Below are positions 9,310 through 18,502 of a stretch of 64,000 bases of DNA, piece by piece. The translations under genes and the position numbers were made by a program. The notes under the pieces are model-generated. The model did not search any database and was not told the origin of the DNA. It was given only the letters and a program-made list of their open reading frames with translations. Numbering within the stretch: the first letter of the stretch is position 1; the number at the start of each line of letters is the position of its first letter. Source of the DNA: Candidatus Bathyarchaeota archaeon (GTDB lineage: Archaea; Thermoproteota; Bathyarchaeia; Bathyarchaeales; Bathycorpusculaceae); contig JAOAIX010000010.1 in assembly GCA_026414485.1 (NCBI GenBank), positions 4,371 through 68,370 of the forward strand, read 5' to 3'.

Positions 9310-9477
9310 CTACGCGGGAATTGAAGTTGCAATTAGCTTAATTATGAAACCTACGAGTCCGATTACACCTATGCCCAGCAAGGAGATTTTTATTGAGAGC
9401 CATAGCTCCTCTTTATCAGGTTTTGAGGCGAGTTTCAGAGTTCTCGCTGCCTGCTGTAGCCATGAACGCATTCCCAT
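9310..9477 (-). CDS. secE: Protein translocase subunit SecE (Sec61-gamma); below the ORF-track length cutoff
   Basis: Hand translation of the minus strand gives 55 aa: MGMRSWLQQAARTLKLASKPDKEELWLSIKISLLGIGVIGLVGFIIKLIATSIPA. It has a basic N-terminus and a single C-terminal TM helix, in the canonical position immediately upstream of spt5. ATG at 9477-9475, TAG at 9312-9310. Confidence 0.75.
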   Translation of the reverse strand: MGMRSWLQQAARTLKLASKPDKEELWLSIKISLLGIGVIGLVGFIIKLIATSIPA

Positions 9478-9567
9478 ATTAACCGCACACTGAAGATTTC
9501 AGTTAGATATAATAAACGTTACTGTAATCTTTGCGTTTTAGCAGATAACTTTTGCCCTATTTGGAGT

Positions 9568-10431
9568 TTAAACTTTTTTTACAAAAAGATCTGTTTCCTT
9601 TAAGAGGGAGAGGAGGCCAGGTTTGTCTTGGCTTTTGATGCCTTTCCAGTCCAGTATGACACAGCTTGTTTTTTCCGCAGTTTTTTGGATGCATTGGCTT
9701 AGAAGTTCAATGTTTAGCAGTGAGACAGCGTGTTTTGGAACAATATGACCAAAGGCTGCTTCATTATTGAGGGCCATCTTTGTAAATTTTTGGTTGTAAT
9801 GTGGTCCGCCTATACCCACCACAGCTGGAACCGAAGATTCGTTGAGGCTTCCAATCATTTCCAGCACAGCTTGGGCAACAGCGTCTGACGCGTGTAAGTC
9901 TCTCCACTGGGTTGGTGTGCTACCAAGTTCGACAAACATTGTGGGCACATTCAGTGAAGGCCCATGGTGTGTACATTCGTAGGATACTTCGTAGCATAGA
10001 TTCCTTTGCTGCTTTTGCTGATTTAGGGCTTTGAGGGCAATATGCATGGCGTTGGCTGGAGAAACAGAAAGGGTATCTGCTAACCCACCCAGTTTGGCTT
10101 CCGCGAAATTTCCTGGTGTGTGCACGGAGAGTGTAGGTTTACCACTTTGGCTACTGTGACGGGAGAGAAATATAATGAGACTAGAATTTGGAAAGGATTC
10201 AGGCAAATTTTGTGCGTTAACTGCTTCATCTGTTATAGCGACAAGGGTAACGAGCTGTTGGTTGATGTTAGTTGTGTAGACGGTTCTACTGTGGCAGGTT
10301 TGGTTACTTGCAGTGAAAACTTGGCGTTTAAGTATACACCGTGCGATGTTTGTGCCTGCTGTATCTTGGTTAGAGTAGACGAGCAGAATCATATTTGTGA
10401 AGTGGAGTTGTTTAGAGAAAAAGGTTTCCAT
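9568..10431 (-). CDS. dtdA: D-aminoacyl-tRNA deacylase, archaeal DtdA type
   Basis: Motifs LSRHSSQSGKPTLSVHTPGN, ECTHHGPS, FVELGST..W, GIGGPHY and FGHI.PK match my recollection of the Pyrococcus DtdA family. Likely start is ATG 10392 (MILLVYSNQD). Confidence 0.8.
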   Translation of the reverse strand: METFFSKQLHFTNMILLVYSNQDTAGTNIARCILKRQVFTASNQTCHSRTVYTTNINQQLVTLVAITDEAVNAQNLPESFPNSSLIIFLSRHSSQSGKPTLSVHTPGNFAEAKLGGLADTLSVSPANAMHIALKALNQQKQQRNLCYEVSYECTHHGPSLNVPTMFVELGSTPTQWRDLHASDAVAQAVLEMIGSLNESSVPAVVGIGGPHYNQKFTKMALNNEAAFGHIVPKHAVSLLNIELLSQCIQKTAEKTSCVILDWKGIKSQDKPGLLSLLKETDLFVKKV

Positions 10432-10484
10432 AAAGCTTAATTGTCAAAACGGCTCACCATGCTTTTGGTGGAAGGCTTAAAATC

Positions 10485-11393
10485 ATGCACTTGATGAATT
10501 TCAGGGAGCTGTCATGTAAGGAACTTACAGAACTTGTTGATTTAGGTATCGAGGTTAAACGTGACCCAAAAAAATTTGCTAGAGCATTAAATGGTAAATC
10601 GATAGCTCTGATTTTCCAGAAAACCAGTACACGCACGCGAGTTTCATTTGAGGTTGCCATGACGCAGCTTGGTGGTCATGCATTGTATATCGATTGGCGA
10701 ACCACAAATTTTGAATTGGCAGACATTGGAGACGAGTTACAGTATTTATCGCGTAACGTTGACGGCGTGATGGCAAGAATGTTGTACAATTCAGATCTGC
10801 AGAAAATGATGCAGGCTTCGCGTGTACCAATTATTAATGGTTGTGACGAACGCTATCACCCTAGCCAAGCGTTGGCTGATTTGATTACAATCAAAGAAAG
10901 ACAACACAAGCTAGAAGGCGTAAAGTTGGTTTATATTGGTATCCACAATAACGTATGTAACTCTCTAATTGAAGCCTGCACCAAGACTGGCATAGAGTTG
11001 ACTACGATCACGCCTATTTTTAATGAGCCATCACGTGATGAAGAACTACTCAGAGAAGCTAAGAAGACTGGGTTGTGGAAGAGCACTCTAGACGTAAAAA
11101 GCGCCTTGAAAGACGCGGATTTTGTTTACACAGACACATGGATAGACATGGAGTTCTTCACCGATCCAAAATTTGCCCAAGAAAAAGAGAAGCGCCTCAA
11201 GCAGATGATGGCCTACCAGATAAACAAAGAAATGCTAAAAGACAGCAAAGCCTACATAATGCATGATATGCCTATTCACCGTGGCTACGAAATCACTGCA
11301 GACGTCATCGAGAGTCCAAAGTCGATAATTTATAAACAAGCCGAGAATAGATTATACTCCGCTAAAGCCATATTACTAAAACTACTGCAATAG
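10485..11393 (+). CDS. Ornithine-carbamoyltransferase-family protein with altered substrate-binding motifs
   Basis: 302 aa. Carries STRTRVSFE (carbamoyl-phosphate site), HPSQALADL and NNVCNSL. The OTC motifs DxxxSMG and HCLP are replaced by DTWIDMEF and HDMP. Confidence 0.65.
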   Translation: MHLMNFRELSCKELTELVDLGIEVKRDPKKFARALNGKSIALIFQKTSTRTRVSFEVAMTQLGGHALYIDWRTTNFELADIGDELQYLSRNVDGVMARMLYNSDLQKMMQASRVPIINGCDERYHPSQALADLITIKERQHKLEGVKLVYIGIHNNVCNSLIEACTKTGIELTTITPIFNEPSRDEELLREAKKTGLWKSTLDVKSALKDADFVYTDTWIDMEFFTDPKFAQEKEKRLKQMMAYQINKEMLKDSKAYIMHDMPIHRGYEITADVIESPKSIIYKQAENRLYSAKAILLKLLQ

Positions 11394-11409
11394 ATATCAA
11401 AACACCGTT

Positions 11410-12315
11410 TTATCGCAAAATCATATTGACGAAAGCCTCAGGATTAAATACTTCAAGGTCTTTGTAGGTCTGCCCTACACCGATAAATAAGATTGGCTTT
11501 TGCGTCACGTATGTGACGCTGAGAGCTGCGCCGCCCTTGACGTCAGCATCTACTTTAGTTAAAATCGTCGCGTCGATTCCTATGCACCTATTGAACTCTT
11601 CTGCTTGTACAACAGCATCGTTTCCCGCTAGCGAATCTACTGTCAAAATAGTCAAGTCGGGAGTAACAACACGCTTAATTTTAGCAAGTTCGTTCATAAG
11701 ATTCTGGTTAGTTTGCATTCTACCTGCTGAATCTATAAGAACTACGTTTATGCCATGTGCTTTCGCGTGGTCGATGGCGTCGTAGGCTACAGCGGCAGGA
11801 TCAGCGCCATACTGGTGCTTTATCACGCGTAGGTTGAGGCGCTTTGCGTGTTCCTCCAACTGTTCAATGCTACCTGCGCGGTAAGTGTCGCTGCCAGCGA
11901 AAACCACGGAGTATTTTTTGTCCTTAAAGAACTGTGCTACCTTGGCCATAGTTGTGGTTTTTCCTGTACCGTTAATGCCTACAAAAAGCAAAATTAGAGG
12001 CTCTTTCTTTTTCCTCTTCTCCTCAGCCAAATCCATGATGTCTATTTTTTTATTAGTACGCATAACTTCCAGAAGTACTTGACGGAGATTATCCTGGATG
12101 ATTTTTTTGCGATCCTCTAGCCTCTTCACTTGCAGACCGTCTAAGCGTTTAGCCAACTCATCGCAGACTTTGTCTGCTACAGGAAATGCAACGTCATTAT
12201 CTGCAAAGGAAATTTTAAAATCAGCAAGTAAAGGACGTAAAGTTTCAGCTTTAAGCTCAGTTGTGGTGACTTTGGTAACAAGACCTTTAAGTCCCGACTT
12301 GAGCTTATCAAACAT
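11410..12315 (-). CDS. ftsY: Signal recognition particle receptor FtsY
   Basis: 301 aa. SRP-GTPase motifs GINGTGKTTT, DTYRAGSIEQL, DSAGR and TKVDADVKGG. Confidence 0.9.
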   Translation of the reverse strand: MFDKLKSGLKGLVTKVTTTELKAETLRPLLADFKISFADNDVAFPVADKVCDELAKRLDGLQVKRLEDRKKIIQDNLRQVLLEVMRTNKKIDIMDLAEEKRKKKEPLILLFVGINGTGKTTTMAKVAQFFKDKKYSVVFAGSDTYRAGSIEQLEEHAKRLNLRVIKHQYGADPAAVAYDAIDHAKAHGINVVLIDSAGRMQTNQNLMNELAKIKRVVTPDLTILTVDSLAGNDAVVQAEEFNRCIGIDATILTKVDADVKGGAALSVTYVTQKPILFIGVGQTYKDLEVFNPEAFVNMILR

Positions 12316-12319
12316 ATTT

Positions 12320-12757
12320 CTACGGCTTTCCTTGTCTTAATTCGGCAACTAACCCTTCAATACGGGCTCTGCCTTGGTTTATCCGCTCAATAATCTGAGA
12401 GAGTTGCTGTTGAGCTGCAATACGGGCTTTCTCCAATTCTTCAATACGTTCTTTAACTATTTCCTTAGCTTCGGGCAGCGTTTTTTCCACTGAAACTCCA
12501 GCGCCTAAACCCACTACAACTTTGTTGCTGTCTGCAAGTTTAACTTTCACGTAGCTACTGCCTCCTATAGGTACGAGAAGTTCAGTATTTTCTTTTTCCT
12601 TTTCTACACTTTCCAGAGTCATATTGGCATAGGTCAAATCTGTCACTGCAGCGTTCATCATAGTGAGACGTTGTTGGAGAGTTTCAGCTGCTTGCTCGTA
12701 GTACTGAAGCTCCAAACTGAGCTTACGCAGTTCTTCTTCCTTGATCACATTAGCCAA
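12320..12757 (-). CDS. pfdA: Prefoldin alpha subunit
   Basis: 145-aa coiled-coil/beta-hairpin/coiled-coil layout (LVPIGGSSYVKVKL in the centre). Conserved position between rplX and ftsY. Confidence 0.8.
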   Translation of the reverse strand: MANVIKEEELRKLSLELQYYEQAAETLQQRLTMMNAAVTDLTYANMTLESVEKEKENTELLVPIGGSSYVKVKLADSNKVVVGLGAGVSVEKTLPEAKEIVKERIEELEKARIAAQQQLSQIIERINQGRARIEGLVAELRQGKP

Positions 12758-12762
12758 ACTAT

Positions 12763-12990
12763 TTATTCCCCAGCAACAAGTTTCTTCAAAACGGGGTTAT
12801 CAATATCTTCAGGCGAAACTTCTGTGACCTGAAGGATCTTTATGTGGCACCGTTTCACGCGATGCTTGCTGCCGATTTCAGCGTATATTTTTTCTTCTGC
12901 ATGCTCTGCTTTGTCAGCTAGGACTTCTTGAACAAACGTGGTGTTCAATTTAGGTTTCTTGATTTCGCCGGTTATTCTGAAAACCTTCAT
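12763..12990 (-). CDS. rplX: 50S ribosomal protein LX (eL20/L18Ae family)
   Basis: 75 aa: MKVFRITGEIKK...F.QEV.A.....A.EKIYAEIGSKHRVKR..I.I. Conserved eif6-rplX-pfdA order. Confidence 0.75.
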   Translation of the reverse strand: MKVFRITGEIKKPKLNTTFVQEVLADKAEHAEEKIYAEIGSKHRVKRCHIKILQVTEVSPEDIDNPVLKKLVAGE

Positions 12991-13671
12991 TTACTCAACT
13001 TCCTGCACAACATCCAATGCATTCCCTATTATAAACATCTCGGGTCCTGTTGTCAAAGAACCAGCAACTGCGGCATGACTATTCGCAATCAAACCTGTAC
13101 CCACGTAGGGTATACCACAATTGACGGTGCCTACATCAACAGGCACCTTCAAAACTGACTCCAACAGCTTCTTTTCATCTTCTTTGAGCTGCGGATGGGC
13201 CAAAACACCTTTATTAGTTGCTACAGCCAACGAACCCACGTATGTTAAACCGGCAATTGTGCCTGAAACCACTTCTACATCTAACGTATCAGATACCTGT
13301 TTGCGAACAAAATCCTTCATGCGGGGGTCAACTATTGCACCTTTATCGTTAGCTAAAATCAAATTGCCAAAAGCAGTTTTACGACTTTCCATGACTGTCA
13401 CGACACCATCGAAAGAGGCTTTGATTGTATCAAGTTCTTCTTGGCGCACAAACGGCGAAAGCACAATTCCATGCGAGTTGGCGCAGGCTAGGGCTCCCCC
13501 TAATAGCGAGCCACCGATGGTGGTGTGAACAAGTTTAGTATTGAGCCACTCGGCTGTTTTCTGAGCCTTAGCTTCTGGTACCATCTTTGGAATCAGAACA
13601 AACTTATCAGTGGCAAGTGTGTAGACACCTATGCTTGCGCTACCGATTATGCTGGTTAAATAAACCGTCAA
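12991..13671 (-). CDS. eif6: Translation initiation factor 6 (aIF6)
   Basis: 226 aa with the five-fold pseudo-repeat typical of eIF6 (IGVY, HTTIGGS, NSHGIVL, ANDKGAIV, TNKGVLAHP, ANSHAAV). Confidence 0.9.
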   Translation of the reverse strand: MTVYLTSIIGSASIGVYTLATDKFVLIPKMVPEAKAQKTAEWLNTKLVHTTIGGSLLGGALACANSHGIVLSPFVRQEELDTIKASFDGVVTVMESRKTAFGNLILANDKGAIVDPRMKDFVRKQVSDTLDVEVVSGTIAGLTYVGSLAVATNKGVLAHPQLKEDEKKLLESVLKVPVDVGTVNCGIPYVGTGLIANSHAAVAGSLTTGPEMFIIGNALDVVQEVE

Positions 13672-13766
13672 GAATAATGCGCCTCAAGTAATTGTCATTT
13701 GGCGATATCTCTGCAACCTACCTTTTCTGTGTTGCGGTATCATCTGACACTTTGTAACCAACTTAA

Positions 13767-14726
13767 CTACTCGGTTTTGGCGGGCTCCAACCAGTTCCGG
13801 GACTTAAACAAGGTTTTACCCGCTAGGTTCACTTTTAGACAGCTCTCGTATGGGCACATCTCAACACAACGGAAACAATTAAGACACATAGAAGTGTTAA
13901 TTTTTCCGCCTTTCTGCTCGTATACCTCTGTCACCTGCACAGGACAAACCCTCTCACAGATGCCACATTTCGTGCATTTTTCTTCCACTTTATAGAGGTA
14001 AACAAAAGGCAACCACTTAAAGCCTTTGAAACGGTTTACAACTGCAAGGGATATTCCTGTGGGGCAGAAGCGGCACCAAAAGCGCCGCACAAACAAGGAG
14101 GCAATGATTGTCAAAATGATAAACGTGAAGATAGCGATCAATTCTAAATTTTCCCCCAAGTAGAATGCAAAGTCTGAGGCGTATGGATAACTTATGTTCA
14201 CGCCGCTAACCGAGATAGGGCTTGCCCAAGGTATAATTAAAGGTTCGAGAGGGCTCAATAGAACTAGCAGTGGTCTAAAAGGACCTGAGAGGGTTAAAGC
14301 GTAAGGCCACAACCATGTGTTTGTAGAACTAAAAATGAGTGGCGCTAAAAGGAAAAAAACCAAAAAGCCATACCTAAGTCTATTTAGAACACCGTTGATT
14401 TTAACAGGAAGTTTTCGATAACGCCTCTTGAATACTCTACGGACTTGGGTTATTAAATCCATGTAAAAACCAAAGGGGCAAAACCAACCGCAGAAGAATC
14501 TGCCCAGAAAAATGGTCATAATAAAAACGCCTGCCAACAAAAACAGGAGTTGATTAAGCACACTGTATATGTAAAAAATCGTGATCACTGATGTTATCTG
14601 GATCCAGAAGCGTAGATAAGTTACTCTTGCCGTTAAGTTTTTCTTCCATATCAGAACTGCAAGTATTCCTGCTATTGCTACTCCTGCTAGAATAGTCAAT
14701 TTTAATAGTTCAGCTATGATTGGCAC
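13767..14726 (-). CDS. Membrane-bound polyferredoxin, NapH/MauN-like (COG0348-type)
   Basis: 319 aa with multiple TM helices. Membrane-edge Cys motifs CGWFCPFG and RFWCRFCPTG, plus a C-terminal 2x[4Fe-4S] domain (CTKCGICERVCP, CLNCFRCVEMCP). Confidence 0.7.
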   Translation of the reverse strand: MPIIAELLKLTILAGVAIAGILAVLIWKKNLTARVTYLRFWIQITSVITIFYIYSVLNQLLFLLAGVFIMTIFLGRFFCGWFCPFGFYMDLITQVRRVFKRRYRKLPVKINGVLNRLRYGFLVFFLLAPLIFSSTNTWLWPYALTLSGPFRPLLVLLSPLEPLIIPWASPISVSGVNISYPYASDFAFYLGENLELIAIFTFIILTIIASLFVRRFWCRFCPTGISLAVVNRFKGFKWLPFVYLYKVEEKCTKCGICERVCPVQVTEVYEQKGGKINTSMCLNCFRCVEMCPYESCLKVNLAGKTLFKSRNWLEPAKTE

Positions 14727-14752
14727 AGCTTCAGCTCCTTATCTAAATTTTG

Positions 14753-17647
14753 CTATTTTACATGTTTTTTGAAGTACAGCAGAACTCCTACGTTGGTTAA
14801 GGATAACACGGAGATTACCGCGGCAACCCACACCACCAAAGGCGACAAGACCAATTGAGGTTGTGGGCGAGGCGCCTCTACGACGCGAGTGTTCCATTCG
14901 CGTAGATACTGTATGTAAGCTTCGTCTTGTGGGTAACTCTCGGAGGGCGGATAAGGAAAGCCACTCATCGCTCGGAACGGCAAAGGCTCAACTGTGAAGT
15001 CAAAGCCGTAGCCCCAGTTGTTGGGTGGATCCTTAAACCAACATGCCGCAAACATGAAATAGTCGCGTTCCATGCCTTCAGCTAAAGGTTGAAGAGCACC
15101 CGTTGGGAATAGCAGTAAAACTTCATCACCTTGTCTACCAATTACAAACATGTCATCCGCAGTAAGCAACAAAGGTGTAACATTGCCATACCGCGTGAAG
15201 TTCCCTGAAGCAAGCGACGGACTAGTGAATGCTTGAGTGAGAGTAGCAGAGGAAAGATCAAGACGCTGAACAGAAATTGGTTTTTGCGGAGAAGTATCTA
15301 TGCCTATGTAATCAAAGGTTACATTCCAAAAGTTGCTAATCCGTATTTTGTATTCTGTAACATTGGGGGGGAAAATACCTGTTATGTCAACAATATAGGT
15401 TCGGGCAACATAATCAGCAGGAAGAGGCAACTGGAAACTGTCTGAAACACGAACCCACTTTCCTGTTGAATCTTGAATTTCTATGTATGGTGGCGGGGTT
15501 ATCTGCGTACCATTGGGTAGGATTCCTTGGGCAGCTGCTGCCTTAAACTGTGCAATCCAATCGTAGTACATCGCAGCTAGACCCCAATCCACCATGCCGT
15601 TAATTATCAGTTTAATTTTAGATGCATTGGATAAATCACCCAAGTTCAAAGTTAACTGATTCCAACTAATGTTATTCCATGAAGGACTAAGTAAACCGTT
15701 AATGCCAGGGGTGAAAACCTTGTCCAATTGGCTTATGTGAGGCAAAACGTTTTGTCCTTTTTCGTTTACAGCCGAAACAGGTGTTTTGATGTTACTTTTA
15801 TCAACGGTGTATATCTGATCATTAAACAGGGGGTTAAGATAGCTCATCAAAGTTGCATAGACATCTGTATCTGCAGGGTGGTCAACCACCACCATATAAG
15901 CTGCATCTAGATAGAACAGTTCATTCCACTGCTGAAGGAGCTTTAAAGAATAATAGCTGTTATTACCTATTAGAATAGGTTGTAATTTGGTTTTGTCGAG
16001 TTTAGCGTGGTCCCAAGGGTTACCGCCCAAGTATACTATGGAACCGTTTGGAGTCATGTATCCCGTATAGCCTAACCACCCGTCATTGGATATGTCGGCG
16101 ACATAAACATAGTCTGAGCCATTCCAGAAGTACACCGAAGGACAGGATGAACCAGGGTTATAATTGGCTGTAATTGAAGTCCTAGTTGTCAAGTTGATGG
16201 TTCTAGAGAGACTAGTGCTGTTGTCGTCCCACCCAATCCAAACAGCTACTCCCTCAGGATCGGTAGATGGCATGGTTACTGTATAGATTCCTTCAGGTAA
16301 AAGAGCAGACCAGAAAGTTTTATGTTTTTCAACCTGCCCGTTTGGCAAAGTCAAATTAAAATCTGCGTTTCCGTAAGGTGATATTGAAACGGAGAGCGTA
16401 TGGTAACCTGTTTTAACTACTAAGATGCCTCCTGACAAGTTATTAACTGTGACACTATGCATTTGCGAGTCTCCGCCTTCAAGTGGAGGAGCCGTGAAAG
16501 TAAATTCTACAGTGCCCACTTCACCCGCAGCCAATGTAAGGGTCTTTGTTTGAACAGTCACGCCGTCAACTTTTAGTTTCAGAGAAAGGCTGCTGGCATC
16601 GCCAGTATTATTCCCTCTAACTATAACAGTAACGGTATCTCCAGCCCAAACTTCATAGGGTTTAACAATCATGTTAATAAGCTGAATTTTAGATGGATCT
16701 TGCACTTTAAGGGTAGCGGTTGCGTCACCGATTTTAATATTATAGGTACCTTTTGCAATTTGGGTTAAAGTGAAAGCTACGTCTACTGTTTCTCCACCTC
16801 TGAGTTGGAGGGTTTTTGTTCCTTTTGTTTCGCCGTTCACAGTTAATTCGGCGGTGTATGAACCGCTGAGTTCACCGACGTTAGTCACCTTAGCAGTTAT
16901 GTCAACAGGAGAACCGAAGTCCGCTACTTCAGGGTCAACTGTAAGGTTGTCAACTTTGAACTCGGCAGGTTTAGGGGGTAATGCGGCAGAAACAACCTTG
17001 AAGGTGCCATTTAAACTGCCGACTCGGAATTGATAGGTTCCTTCGGTTTGCTCAACAACTTCAAACAAAACGTTTGTGCTTGCACCAGCTTCAAGCTGCC
17101 CAGTTTTGGTTTGGAATAGGGCACCGTTGATGGTAAGCGGTATTGAGTATTCTCCGGTCTCTTGTCCCCGGTTGGTGACTTTAACGGTTATCCCTATAGC
17201 TTCGCCCACACTAGCCTCGGTTCGGTTGACCGCCAAATTGGATAATTCAAATATATTAAGAACTATAAAACTGCCTTCTAGAGGACCGATCTTAACAACA
17301 TGTGTGCCTTCCGTTGCGTGAGAAATGGTAAACATTATGGTCTTAGTTTCAATTCCAGCAAAATTAATTGTACTTGTCTGATGCAACACCCCGTCAAGGA
17401 ACAGTTCGGCGGTATAGACTCCTTCCTCGCTTATCTTGCTGGTAGCGTTAACTGAAATCACAACTGCTTGGCCAAGCATAACCCTGTTTGGAACTACTTG
17501 TAAATCTACGAACTGTATTTGGTCAGTAGAAAGCGTCACGCCGGGCAATGCATCAACATACAGGTAGGCTGATGCAGCTAAAGCAACAATAATTATGTCG
17601 ATTATAAGTATAGCTTTCAATTTAGTTATCGCAAATTTGGAGTGCAT
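14753..17647 (-). CDS. Large surface protein: N-terminal anchor/signal, four CARDB-like Ig repeats, large uncharacterised domain, C-terminal TM anchor
   Basis: 964 aa. Has four ~90-aa repeats (see repeat feature). The C-terminal half is rich in N-x-S/T sequons. The terminal helix LVVWVAAVISVLSLTNVGVLLYF is followed by KKHVK. Confidence 0.65.
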   Translation of the reverse strand: MHSKFAITKLKAILIIDIIIVALAASAYLYVDALPGVTLSTDQIQFVDLQVVPNRVMLGQAVVISVNATSKISEEGVYTAELFLDGVLHQTSTINFAGIETKTIMFTISHATEGTHVVKIGPLEGSFIVLNIFELSNLAVNRTEASVGEAIGITVKVTNRGQETGEYSIPLTINGALFQTKTGQLEAGASTNVLFEVVEQTEGTYQFRVGSLNGTFKVVSAALPPKPAEFKVDNLTVDPEVADFGSPVDITAKVTNVGELSGSYTAELTVNGETKGTKTLQLRGGETVDVAFTLTQIAKGTYNIKIGDATATLKVQDPSKIQLINMIVKPYEVWAGDTVTVIVRGNNTGDASSLSLKLKVDGVTVQTKTLTLAAGEVGTVEFTFTAPPLEGGDSQMHSVTVNNLSGGILVVKTGYHTLSVSISPYGNADFNLTLPNGQVEKHKTFWSALLPEGIYTVTMPSTDPEGVAVWIGWDDNSTSLSRTINLTTRTSITANYNPGSSCPSVYFWNGSDYVYVADISNDGWLGYTGYMTPNGSIVYLGGNPWDHAKLDKTKLQPILIGNNSYYSLKLLQQWNELFYLDAAYMVVVDHPADTDVYATLMSYLNPLFNDQIYTVDKSNIKTPVSAVNEKGQNVLPHISQLDKVFTPGINGLLSPSWNNISWNQLTLNLGDLSNASKIKLIINGMVDWGLAAMYYDWIAQFKAAAAQGILPNGTQITPPPYIEIQDSTGKWVRVSDSFQLPLPADYVARTYIVDITGIFPPNVTEYKIRISNFWNVTFDYIGIDTSPQKPISVQRLDLSSATLTQAFTSPSLASGNFTRYGNVTPLLLTADDMFVIGRQGDEVLLLFPTGALQPLAEGMERDYFMFAACWFKDPPNNWGYGFDFTVEPLPFRAMSGFPYPPSESYPQDEAYIQYLREWNTRVVEAPRPQPQLVLSPLVVWVAAVISVLSLTNVGVLLYFKKHVK
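16412..17512 (-). repeat. Four tandem CARDB-like domain repeats (protein level) within the 964-aa surface protein
   Basis: Residues ~46-412. Each unit follows V.P..V..G..V.I.V.V.N.G...G.Y...L.VNG......T..L..G....V.F......EGTY...IG...G.F.V. Confidence 0.5.
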
Positions 17648-17840
17648 GGCAATTTTATAGCACTCTGTTGCTTTTATAACTATTGAAATTAAATCCGTCA
17701 GAACTTCTCAAAGGATATTCCAAAAAATTGATTGGTTAAACAATGTAAAAAGAATTTTTAGATAAGGTGACTTTCAAACTGCTTTGACGCTTTGACAGAG
17801 GTAAACATAGAAAGATATTAAAAAACAGTTGAAAGGAATT

Positions 17841-18326
17841 TCAGCTGACTTCAGCGAGGTGAACAGTAACGTTACCGTCTTTGTCTTTAGTGGCACGTAC
17901 TCTAATTTTTCGCGGAGGTTTCTCGATGCCCCTGCCCCAGATGCACTCATTTAGCTGATTGGTTAACATAATTTTTGGAGCTTCTTCATCTTCTTCCTCA
18001 GCCCGGAGTGGTACCTTCATGTGTTTCCGTATGTAGGCCTTAATCATGCGGATAGCACGAGGAGCACGTTTACGTGGAGGCATAATCAAAGCTTTGGCTA
18101 GCGGAATTGTATAAGTTTTCTCTTCCACTATGTCTTCGTCTTTTTCTTTTTTCTTACGGGATGTTGCTTCTTCCTTTTCCGCAGAAGTGTCGCTTTCAGT
18201 TTTGGTTTCTTCCTCAACTTCTATTTCTTTCTCAATTGTTTCTAGTAGAGGCTCATTTTCCTTAATAGAAGTTGTCTCCGCTGAATCTTCTTTTGGAAGC
18301 TTTTCCTCTTTAGCTTGAGTTTCCAT
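17841..18326 (-). CDS. rpl31e: 50S ribosomal protein eL31 with a ~66-aa acidic/lysine-rich N-terminal extension
   Basis: The C-terminal ~95 aa (EEKTYTIPLAKAL..PPRKRAPRAIRMIKAYIRKHMK...IWGRGIEKPPRKIRVRA) form a canonical eL31. The ORF stays open upstream to ATG 18326, only 12 nt after the rpl39e stop. An internal GTG at 18128 would give a canonical-length protein. Confidence 0.8.
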   Translation of the reverse strand: METQAKEEKLPKEDSAETTSIKENEPLLETIEKEIEVEEETKTESDTSAEKEEATSRKKKEKDEDIVEEKTYTIPLAKALIMPPRKRAPRAIRMIKAYIRKHMKVPLRAEEEDEEAPKIMLTNQLNECIWGRGIEKPPRKIRVRATKDKDGNVTVHLAEVS

Positions 18327-18338
18327 AATCTAAGTCTC

Positions 18339-18497
18339 CTATGGTTTTATTTTTCTGGTTCGCCAGTTCCTTCGACGTTTAGGGTTAGTTCTGACTTTGC
18401 CATCTGTTCTTGCAATGACCCATGTAGGAACAGACGATGTCTCTTTTCCTGCTTTAGCTAAACGACGTTTTTTGGCTGCTGGTTTAACTCGCGCCAT
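18339..18497 (-). CDS. rpl39e: 50S ribosomal protein eL39; below the ORF-track length cutoff
   Basis: Hand translation of the minus strand gives 52 aa: [52 protein letters not shown]. Highly basic, with the canonical eL39 pattern and the canonical position upstream of rpl31e. Confidence 0.8.
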   Translation of the reverse strand: MARVKPAAKKRRLAKAGKETSSVPTWVIARTDGKVRTNPKRRRNWRTRKIKP

Positions 18498-18502
18498 ACA
18501 TT

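Noticed and set aside
9242-9493. Plus-strand 83-aa ORF in the spt5-dtdA spacer.
   Set aside because: The minus strand at the same place encodes a canonical SecE in the conserved syntenic position.
17781-17796. Tandem 8-mer GCTTTGAC GCTTTGAC upstream of the CARDB surface-protein gene.
   Set aside because: Only two copies with no further occurrences noticed. It could be a regulator site, but chance is equally likely.
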